A stretch of 63,740 nucleotides of DNA, counting the filler, from Craspedostauros australis (taxonomy: Eukaryota), in the NCBI GenBank assembly GCA_030167865.1. It is 11 parts of 11 records of this genome, joined end to end, with 100 filler letters (N's around TTAATTAATTAA, not from the genome) between each part and the next. Parts side by side here need not be neighbours in the genome. Positions count along the whole stretch, not along the records: positions 11,749 to 16,025 come from JALAGF010004230.1; positions 16,126 to 37,161 come from JALAGF010004231.1; 9 more parts are not named here. The stretch is one strand, 5' to 3'. The number at the start of each line of letters is the position of its first letter. Within the stretch, counting starts at the first letter, position 1. The notes below the pieces were generated by a model. The model saw only the letters and a program-made list of their open reading frames with translations, did no database searches and had not been told where the DNA came from. The position numbers and the translations under genes are program-made. Below, piece by piece: positions 11,749 to 21,689 of the stretch.

Positions 11749-14700
11749 TGTTGTCGTTGCCATCATTGGCAAGGATGAAGATGGATGTGGAAGTGGCAGC
11801 GGCTGCCGATGTGGCTGGTAGCATGGATCCTGGATGGCAAGTGGATGCAGTGAGGGATGTGCCAGTTCCCTTGACAGTGTACCAGAATAGGTATTCGTCG
11901 TGGTTGTCAGATGAGGCAGTGGTTCCGGAGTCATCGACGGTGATGGGAATGGTGGGATCCATCTGATCGATGGTTTTGATGGTTGGATCGAGTGTGGTGA
12001 TGGTGGTGGTTCCATCAGTTGGTATGTGAGTTGCAGTGAGGCAGGTTTGGTTTGCCGAAGACTCAGCCTCTTCCAATGTGACCTTGAAGATGACCTCACA
12101 CTCGAACAGATCATCTGCCGGTCGATCCACGGATCCATGCACTACTCGCACGGTACCAGAATGTGAAATGCAGAATGTGTAATGCATCATGTGAAATGCA
12201 TCATGTGAAATGCATCATGCGAAATGACAGATTCGTTGTTCAGCGATTGCAATTGCAAGTGTGAGGAGTTGGGTTCATCGGAGCGTTGGGTGGTGTGCAG
12301 GAAGTGTGTGGCGAAGATGTACTGGTGCCGCACTCTCAACATGAAGGGGCATCCGAGTCAGATGCTCAAGCCACGATGTTTGACCTGGTGCAAACGAGAG
12401 GACCCAACGAGAGGAACAAACGAGAGGGACAGACGTACAGCAAACATGCAACGATGATGACCACAAACACCACCCTTTGCAAGGGCACCATACTGTACAA
12501 TACGTACCGATGATCTTGTACTCCACTCCCTCATGCGCGTACCATTCCACAACACTGCACGATTCAGCGTTGCGACCTGACGTGCCTGCAGGCGATGAGA
12601 CATCATCGTTGGCATCGACACATTGGAGGTCGTCGCATGACCCCACAATAACACTGATCTTGGTGTCGAAGGCCGTCTCGGTGTTGCATGTCGAGGCACG
12701 CAGAAGTGTCCCGGTCCCGGTCGTGTTGAACCAATTTCCTCGGTACGTATAGGAAGGATTGCCTCTGATGTCGACGAGGACATTGTTGGCGCAAGATGCG
12801 ATTGGATCCACTCCAGGACCGAACTTGAGCAGGGTATTTTCTGCGCTGGACCCAACTGGCAATCCAATTGCCGACGGGCACTCGTCTTCCGGCAGTGGTG
12901 ATGGTGTCGGAGGTCCCTTGTCGGTTAGTGATGTGACCGAGAATACGAAGTCTCCGACGCTATTGCCGAGGCCGTGTACGAGGATATGGTACTTGGCCCC
13001 AGCTTCTGGAAACATCCCGAATTCTGCGGTATCACCTCCGACACACCCGACCTCGCCACAGCTGTCGCCTCTGAACACCGATACTTGCGGGATGAACCCT
13101 TCCGTGATGGGAATAGTGCGCATGAAAAATCTAGTCACGAACACAACGTCGGATGCATCGAATTCCACTTGGAACCAAACTCCAGGCGCAGAAGAAATGG
13201 CGTTACCGCAATCCCCAATCTCCGGAGGCTGGATGGTTGCGCCTTTGGTGGTTGAGACCACGGGTGATTCCACGAGGACGCGGGTGGCATCCTCACATTG
13301 GAGATTGTTGGGCAGCTCCGAAAGTTCCATCACGAAATCACCACGAGAAGAGCGAAAGCCATGAACGTAGATGTAGTACGTCTCATCACCGTCTCCGTCA
13401 CCGCCAGCAACACCACCACCTTGTGTATTGAAAGCGAACGATGCGCGGCTCTTGTCCACGCAACCGAGCCCGCCTTGGTCATTGCCCGCAACACATTTCA
13501 ATCGGTCACAGCGATCGCCAGTGAAGATCGAGATCTGGCTGTCGAAGTTCGTTCTCTGCACAAACGGTTGCCCAGGTTCGGCATCGGCAGCAGAAGCTCG
13601 TTCGCAGAGCGACGCCAGGAATCTGCGTTGGGTCGGAGTGTCTGCGGCCACATCTAGATTGCTGTTGCTGTCCGTGAAGGGTTGATTGCTCATGCGATAC
13701 CACACACCGGCTCCGTTTCTGGATATGCCATCGCATGTGTTGACCGCATCCGGTGTGGCACCCACTGTACTACCGAAGAGGGACTCGCCAATGTGAGTTT
13801 CGTTGATCTCCAGAGCACACTCGCAGAAGTTGTTGGATGTGCATGGCGCATCGGTGTCGATGAGTGGAGAGAAGGTGGGTGGCATGGTTGCCATCGGAGT
13901 TGGTGGCACTGTTGGGCCCGGGTTGTTTCCACCGCCACCATCATCACTGCGATCTCCTGTCGGACTACCGGGTGACGATGAACTTGAGGAGTTTGAAGAC
14001 TTGGAGTTGTTGCCTGAGACTCCCACGACGATGCCGACGATGGCACCGACCACGATGAGAAGGGCGATGCAGATCATGATCGATTTGGATCGTTTGTTGC
14101 TTGAGGAAGTATCTTTGTCTTTAACGTACTCCTCAGCAGCTGTGGCATGCACTGCAGCTTCGTCCATCTTCTTGCGGGCATCCTCCTCGGCTTGTTCTCG
14201 AATGCGTTGTCGTTCGGCATCGGTGACGTCAGTGCGATCGTCGTTGACGAGCATGGCTGAATCTGTTTCCACCAGCACCGCTGCTGGAAGAGACTTCGAG
14301 GAGCCCGGATCTTCCAGTGCGCTCGCTGACACAGCGCCTCTCATGGACATCATGGGGCCATTGCGCGACGCTTGAAATGAATTCAGACGAGTTTCGTGTT
14401 GCATGTCTGCGCCATCACTCGCACTTCTGTCGTCCGCTTGCTTGCCACGGTTGTCTTCGAGCATCATCTTGCGGTATAACTCTGCGGGGGACACTTGTCT
14501 GCTGTTGTCACCTTCGCTGCCCGCACCGCTCTTTGCAGATTGATGGTCAGTTCTGGTGCGTCTCGATGATGACAATTTGCTTGATTGGCCTCGTGGGCTG
14601 ATGCCTGGCGAAGACGCTGCGGCATCTTCTGTTGGAGGCCTGTTGGTTGGGAGCTTACGCGTGGTGGCTTTCTTCTTTTTGGGAGTATTGGGGGAAGCGA

Positions 14701-15028
14701 CGGAGAGATTCGTGCGTCGCGCCTTGGCTTCTGAAGGCTGATGCAGTGGCGCTGTGTCCATGGGTTGCGCGTCGCTATTGCGAAGTACTGCCTCGGTCGA
14801 CGTGGAATCGGCCGTCGCAGATGAAGGGATGATGGAGATCGCACCGACCATGGGTTCCCCGTTGCCTGCCTTGTCCATGGCACCGGCCTTGTTGGCTCTG
14901 CGACGAGAACGCTTGTTCTTGCTGCTATTGTTGTTGTTCCCGCTGGGGGTCTTGCGGTCGCCGCGGCTTCGTGATTTCTTTTTTTCGCCATGGTGGTTGC
15001 CTCTTTTGGGCGGCTTCTCGTGTTCCAT
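11749..15028 (-). CDS. Type II single-pass membrane protein with tandem Cys-rich PPC-like extracellular repeats (exons 15028-12508 and 12141-11749, 3'-truncated)
   Basis: ATG at 15028, basic disordered N-terminus, TM segment SIMICIALLIVVGAIVGIVVGV, Pro/Ser stalk, then repeats N..C..A...GVWY...ASTC...FD.QIS...G.C..L.CV..ND...Y.I.VHG...GDF. Intron 12142-12507. Confidence 0.88.
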
Positions 15029-16151
15029 GGTGATGGTCGAAGCGATCGCGTTCTCAAGTTGGATCCTTTTTCCTCAGTTCTCCGATCATTTGTGGGTTCG
15101 GTGCAATGGCAACGACGCACAGCGCGAGGAAAAGGCAGCAACAGCCTCAACGCAGGCGAAAAAACGTGTCGAGATGCGATTTTGTTGTTCGCAGCGGCAA
15201 TGTTGTGTGGAGTCGACAGCGCAGAAACATCATCCTTGCGCGCACGAGTATCGCGGCTTCACCATTGGGCTGTTTGAATCACTTTGTGTGAAACAAATGT
15301 GTCATGACAAAAGAAAACGCATCACATGGGACACACATTTGAATTGCCACACGATTTCTTTCCAGTCGTGCACACTGTCCGATGTGGTCGAGTGGAACGA
15401 TCGGCATTCCGAATTCCGTATCGATGGGGCACGCTACTCGGTCGAATCAAGACTACTACGTGTGCTGTCGTCCTCCACGCAGGCTGAAGCACCCTGCTGC
15501 AATCTATTATTCCAATACATTGGATTGGATTGTATAATGCGCACATCGCCGATTGGTGTCGTATGTGTGTCATCACTCCCCCCAGTGTCGAGATGTACAT
15601 GTGAGTATATGTCGAGATGTACGTGTATATGTGCATCGTTCATCCGCTATTCTCTCATACGCACTTGGACGGTATAACTAGACTCGTGTCGATAGTATGT
15701 TGTAATTCGTCAGAATTACAACGGAAATGGAACACACGAAAAGAGGCAAGATTTCTGGAGGAAATTTGCAAATAACGATTTCTGGGAGAATCAGAAGATC
15801 GTCCGTCCATGCATCAATGGTACCAAGAGAATCTCGAGGTACTTCCCAACTTGATAAAACGATAATGAAAACGAGGTGAACTTACTGAACGCCGAAGGGT
15901 GATCAATCCGTGGTAGTGCAGTAGGTTGGTGAGTTTGATTGCAAGAGTGTGTCTTAGTCTTTAGAGCTGTACGAATCCAAATGAGACTTTCAATTGGATT
16001 GTGAGCATGTGATGTGCAGCATCCANNNNNNNNNNNNNNNNNNNNNNNNNNNNNNNNNNNNNNNNNNNNTTAATTAATTAANNNNNNNNNNNNNNNNNNN
16101 NNNNNNNNNNNNNNNNNNNNNNNNNTTCATCTCGCTCTCATGCACAATCAG

Positions 16152-17595
16152 GTACTGGATCGATTCTGGTATGGCCATGGAGGACAAGACGGATTCCTCA
16201 TCCACCAACACCCCGTCCGCACCCGCGCAACCACCGATCACTTCCCGACACCGTGCCTCCGACAAAGGAATGTACTCGACCAACCAGAGCGGCCACGATG
16301 CATCAGATTCCCGTCAGTCCATGAGCACTGAGAGTGGCCTGGATGCACGGTCACTGCGGTTGGTCGGCTGGAACGTCGAAATGCTTCTGCAGCTCATCAA
16401 ACAGATAGTCGCGCGACGTGAGGCTGCTCAAACCGTCCCTCATCGGAAGCAGTCGGGGAGTCGTCGAACTAGTTCGAACGGCATCATCCGAGCAATGTCC
16501 AACGATCAGTTCATGCCATTGGACGAGGTGCAGGAGATCATCAGGTTGCCAGCATTCGACAAAAAGGTGGCCTTGCGACAGCAGGATCCTGAAACGGTGA
16601 AGATTTCGCCAGTCGTCGTCGAGCAGTTGCGCAGCTACGTCAGCATGATCGCCAGCATGTACCAAGGCAACGCATTCCACAACTTCGACCACGCCTCTCA
16701 CGTGACCATGTCCGTCATCAAGCTCCTTTCGCGGATCGTGGGCCCATCGGATCTGCTCGACAAGACGCAGGGTTCCGAAACGAGCCAAGTGGTGGCGACG
16801 TTGCATGATCACACCTACGGCATCACGTCAGATCCGTTGACGCAGTTCGCATGCGCATTCGCAGCGCTGATCCATGATGTTGATCATTGCGGAGTTCCAA
16901 ATGCGCAGCTCATCAAGGAGGGCACCCGCATCGCCTCTGTCTACAACAACCGGAGTGTGGCAGAGCAGAACTCGTTGGTGTTGGCGTGGGATCTGCTGAT
17001 GCTGGATGAGTACGATGAATTGCGATCCATCATCTGCGAGACGGGGGCCGAGCTCACGCGCTTCCGCCAGCTGGTTGTGAACGCCGTGATGGCGACTGAT
17101 ATCGCCGACAAGGATCTGAAGGCGTTGCGCAACGCCCGTTGGGACAAGGCCTTCAAGGGTGCCACGTCTCTCGCTGAAGAGGAAAGCCGATTCGGAGACA
17201 GCGTGAACCGCAAGGCGACCATCGTGATCGAGCACTTGATCCAGGCTTCCGACGTCGCCCACACCATGCAGCACTGGCACGTGTATCGCAAGTGGAACGA
17301 ACGGTTCTTCCAGGAGTGCTACGCATCGTACCTGGCCGGTCGCGCAGAGCAGAATCCGCTGGACAACTGGTACAAGGGGGAGATCGGGTTCTTCGATTAT
17401 TACATCATTCCATTGGCGAAGAAGCTGAAGGATTGCGGTGTGTTCGGCATTTCGAGCGACGAATATCTGAACTACGCGTTGGCCAACCGCAACGAATGGG
17501 AGCGCAGGGGCAAGGAGGTCATTGCGGAGATGGCAGCGAAGGTGGTCAAGACTCAGAGCGACGACGCGAAGGGGGATGATGGTCCATCGCGATGA
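16152..17595 (+). CDS. Last exon of an adenylate/guanylate cyclase-phosphodiesterase fusion (class I PDE domain)
   Basis: PDE motifs FHNFDHASHV, ALIHDVDHCGVPN, MATDI and QASDVAH. Acceptor CAG ends at 16151. Identical in reverse complement to part of contig 37262-39419, which carries the upstream cyclase exon. Confidence 0.93.
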
Positions 17596-18600
17596 GGAAA
17601 TGCGTGTACATGGAGCAGTGAAACGCGACGGACGTCCTTGCACTCGCATTTGTGCAACGTCATATACACGCACATGTTTGTATTTATTTGTAGAGTAGTC
17701 GTATTAATGCATACCGAGAGAAATCATGTTTCATGACACATACATGTGGTATCCTTGTCGAAGCTGTGAGTGTCATGGAGGCAAGGAAGGGCACGTTCGA
17801 TACGGAGACCAATAGAACAGATACACCTTGATGAAGTGGGCGACATTGATTCAAATACCAATCCGTGAATGACAGTCACGAGTATCTTGTCTGTCAGTTC
17901 GAAGGATATAGGAGTGTCTGTTTGATACATTTGCAACAACATTGGAAACTGTCAAAATCGTGCAATGAGAAGACAAACAGACATCCCAAACTCGTGTTTC
18001 ACTACTTGACCCATTCGACCAACTCTGTTCGGATGGGGTCATGGCTTTTCAAATCCCGAGAAGTAGATGCCAAAACCAGTCTCAATGCCTGAATCAATGT
18101 CACAAAGCCCTATTGAGATTAATTGTCGCGTTTGTGTCATGAGGTGAGCAAGGAAACGAAAAGTCGCAGTTCGGGCATCGCAGACGGCGGTCTATTTTGA
18201 CGTTTCTTCAACCCAACCACCAGGACTCATTTGCCTCATTCTTCTGGCGTGTGTCTGGTGCACGCCCGGCATTCTTAGCTATTCGGCCATGCTGAGGTGC
18301 ACACCTCTGCGCAGGATCATCCACTCACCCGTCTGGGGTGCAATCAGTCGCCATGCGAGCTGACCATGCGATCTTCTCTGATCACAAACAGCTTCGACGA
18401 GGCCAGTGGCATGGACGATGACACCAACAGGAGAAGCAGAAGCAGTTGTTAGCACCAGACACCTCAAACACAAGTACCAGCCTTCACCTCCCATAGCCAT
18501 ACTCTCGGTCGCACAAAGCAAGCAGCCATAAACTTCCATTCCACTGGAACCGGCGCGATACATACAATCGCACGGGCTATACCATATAACATACCGGGGC

Positions 18601-21063
18601 ATGGACGAGGGCAGCCACAGCTCCGCCATGACTTCCGATGAGAATGTGCACCAACAGCACAACGAATGGGATCACCAAACCGCGGATATCCAGGAGGCCC
18701 CTGCTGGTGCGCATGAGCCGCACACAATGACCACCAAGCGGTACGGGAGGTCAAGCATCGACCGCTTCCTTCCCGACAAGCCCAAAAATCGGCAGATGCA
18801 GGCGCACGAAACAATGACGATGGATGACGGCGAGTCGCCCCGCAACAGCAAGCTTGATGGCATGGTCGTCAAGAGAGGCAGTGACGACATGCATCATGAT
18901 GACCCTGCATGCATCCTAGGGCCAAGGCCTGAGACTGTCGAGAGCGTCGAGTTCGAGCATGACATCTACAGCCTCCTCTTCGTCTCCAAGATCAACACGC
19001 AGGCGTTCTGGGTTTCCTTCGCCGTGCTCACCGTCCAGGTGAGCATCCTCGTTCTCCTCATCCTCGACTTGCTCAAGACGGAGGACAAATTCGCGCAGGA
19101 GAACAAGTTCAAGGCGCCGCTTATCGGCAATGACACGACCGTCATCATGGCGCAGTACACCGCCATCATCATCTCCATCCTCGCGCAGGATGACATCCTA
19201 AAGACCATCGGCCTCGTCACCGTGTCCTTCAACGCGGAGGACTTGTACCAACAGATGTGCAACTGCGAAGGCTCCACCCGAGACACCATGAAGACGATCG
19301 ACAAAGCAAACTACTTCAAGTTCATCCTGTGCGTCGTCACCCGCTTCATATCCGGTCTCCTCACCATCTTTATCAGTTTCATCTTCATCGTTCAATCCGA
19401 CAACATCCTCGACATGTTCATGAACTTTGCGGCCGTGGAGTTCGTCGGCCAGCTCGATAACATGGTCTTTGAGATCGCGTTGCATGGCCTCTTCGGCGAC
19501 AACTTGGCGCAGTCCGCGAACCTCGTCACCCATCTGTCGCTGCCCGTCACGCGACCGCACCTGGCTTGGATCCAGCGATCGATCTTCAGCCTCATGGTCA
19601 TCGGCATGATCAGCAGCATGGCCGTCCTGCAGACGAGGCAGACCAACGGCGTCTTCCTCTACGACAGCTCCTGCCTCGACATGTACATCACGCTCGGCGA
19701 TGCGACGTTGGGCCTCGATCACCCATTCTACCTGGGCGACACGAAGCGCAACACGTCCTTCTTCGCTCTCGAGATTCTCAATGCTTCCGTCTTCGACAAA
19801 GACGTCGACGTCGTCGTGGAATCGCCGCCGGATCTCGTCTACTCCTTCTTCAGCGGCCGATACGAGGCATTCGACGACCAAAAGCCATTCAACCGACGGC
19901 CCGTCTATTACCAGGATGGCATGACCAAGGACGGTACAGCCGGCATGTTCTACTACTGCGACGAAGAGGAGGCCTGGGTCTTCACCATCCCGGCTCTGGG
20001 TGACAACATTCCGAAGGCATCTCTTGGCAAATGCAAGTACGGTTGGCTCATTCAATCGCCCATCACCGAGGCAGCAAGCCTGGAAGATGCGCCGCTCGAA
20101 GGCTGGCACGTGTGGACCGGGACCATCGAGACGATGGATATCCAGATCTCCTGCAACCAATGCGTGCGAGACGCTGACTGCGGATTGGAGAACGGCGTCT
20201 GCAATGCAAAGACGCGATCCTGTGACTGCAACAGAGACTGGGATGGCTCCAAATGCGATCACGACCGTACGCTTTGTCCTCGGATGACATGGGTCAAGTA
20301 TGGATCCACCTCTGAGGACTTCCAGTTTGACGAAAGCGTATTTCCGCTGGAGGATCCAACCAACGCCAATGCCACTCTCTTCATGTACGACCGTCCCACC
20401 TACTACACGATCACAAACTTCTCGGCCGTGCTTGAAGTCGATCTCATCTTCTACGCTGGCTCGCGCTGGCTGCAGGCATTCTGGGACTACGAAAAGTTCT
20501 TGAGTCTCTACGCGACAGAACCGTATCCCATCCACGCCTTTTGGCACGTCGAACGCGGTGACAACGTGGCCGCGTTCAGCGAATCGACCACCAGTTTCTA
20601 CCCATCCAACAACAAATGGTTCAACGTTCGAGCGTCAGGATCCCTCGGCGCCACATCATCCGCGCTCGTCGAACAGTTCGGAGCCCACTACGAGGATGAA
20701 AGTGTCAGGTTGGATTGTACACTCCCGGTGTACAAGCCACGGTCCCAATCGGAGGTAGAGACCAACAAGCACTTCACGACGTGCGGGCGATTCGGCAGGC
20801 CCAACGTATCATCCGCAACATGCCACTGCGAGTCTGGATACGGAGGCTTCTCCTGCGAATTCGAACCCGACGGGCCTTACGTCCAGGGGCAAGCTTCCGC
20901 ATTCATGGATGCTTTCGACCCATCGTCCGGCGAGCTTAACGAGGAAGCGTACACGAAGAACACATTCCATTACTTGTTCTGGGACGAATACAGCGACGCC
21001 CAGCTCTACGACGCCATGTGCATTTACACCGACTGTGACGCTGATGCCGCGGATGAATTGTAG
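18601..21063 (+). CDS. 820-aa multi-pass membrane protein with a large C-terminal region holding two EGF-like modules
   Basis: Single long ORF with strong C-ending codon bias. 4-5 hydrophobic segments including DMFMNFAAVEFVGQLDN. EGF-like CVRDADCGLENGVCNAKTRSCDCNRDWDGSKC and CGRFG...CHCESGYGGFSC. Confidence 0.88.
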   Translation: MDEGSHSSAMTSDENVHQQHNEWDHQTADIQEAPAGAHEPHTMTTKRYGRSSIDRFLPDKPKNRQMQAHETMTMDDGESPRNSKLDGMVVKRGSDDMHHDDPACILGPRPETVESVEFEHDIYSLLFVSKINTQAFWVSFAVLTVQVSILVLLILDLLKTEDKFAQENKFKAPLIGNDTTVIMAQYTAIIISILAQDDILKTIGLVTVSFNAEDLYQQMCNCEGSTRDTMKTIDKANYFKFILCVVTRFISGLLTIFISFIFIVQSDNILDMFMNFAAVEFVGQLDNMVFEIALHGLFGDNLAQSANLVTHLSLPVTRPHLAWIQRSIFSLMVIGMISSMAVLQTRQTNGVFLYDSSCLDMYITLGDATLGLDHPFYLGDTKRNTSFFALEILNASVFDKDVDVVVESPPDLVYSFFSGRYEAFDDQKPFNRRPVYYQDGMTKDGTAGMFYYCDEEEAWVFTIPALGDNIPKASLGKCKYGWLIQSPITEAASLEDAPLEGWHVWTGTIETMDIQISCNQCVRDADCGLENGVCNAKTRSCDCNRDWDGSKCDHDRTLCPRMTWVKYGSTSEDFQFDESVFPLEDPTNANATLFMYDRPTYYTITNFSAVLEVDLIFYAGSRWLQAFWDYEKFLSLYATEPYPIHAFWHVERGDNVAAFSESTTSFYPSNNKWFNVRASGSLGATSSALVEQFGAHYEDESVRLDCTLPVYKPRSQSEVETNKHFTTCGRFGRPNVSSATCHCESGYGGFSCEFEPDGPYVQGQASAFMDAFDPSSGELNEEAYTKNTFHYLFWDEYSDAQLYDAMCIYTDCDADAADEL

Positions 21064-21689
21064 GCACGAGTATGCATGTGTCCGCCGTGCGACACTTGGA
21101 TGCCCGGGTGCTACCAGATACATTGTAAGGCCGCCGGAGCTACACTTGGCCGCATTTGCTCTTTCTGGATGGCAGGAGCAATGGCGGACCCTGGACTGCT
21201 CTCCAGACTCGTACAAGCTATAAACAATCAAAGAAGCATGCCGACAAGGAACAATGACGGCATCAGTATGACAAAGGAGCCACTTTCTCTCTGCAATCTG
21301 CCCAAGGAGCGCAACAACAGAGTAGAGGTCGGCCAAGGTAAAAATATAATTGCTCACACTTAGGACAGCACGTCAGCAATAGCTTCTAAACTCAGTTACT
21401 CCGGTATAACCACCTTTTCATCTCATGACCGCCGAGTGAGTTGGTCCTGGAGGGGTGACGGCGAACAAAGCCGACATGCGATCACGAGGGGAGAAGAGAA
21501 ACACCCACGAACGATGACGAGAGTTCGAGAGGCCAATTCGGCGTTGTCGTTTAAGATGCTATCGTCCTCTATGATTCCTTGGACGAGTCGAGTCGACGCA
21601 ATAAGGTGAGATGTGCTCTGCCAGACGATGCCGAAGCGCTGTTTGTTCTCTCTCTCTCTCTCTTTCCCTCTGTGTGTGTGTGGCCGCGC

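Noticed and set aside
12275..12507. C-terminal extension of the 917-aa ORF (GTYCTVWCPC...)
   Set aside because: Intron read-through; splicing at 12507/12142 restores the repeat consensus.
9880..12646. Apparent large inverted repeat or hairpin
   Set aside because: The arms lie on different contigs separated by an artificial linker; it is one locus assembled twice in opposite orientations.
19198..20547. 449-aa antisense ORF and similar shadows (16828-17673, 39472-40395, 45534-46496, 49857-50876, 60123-61004)
   Set aside because: They overlap better-supported genes and arise from GC-rich codon bias; no motifs recognised.
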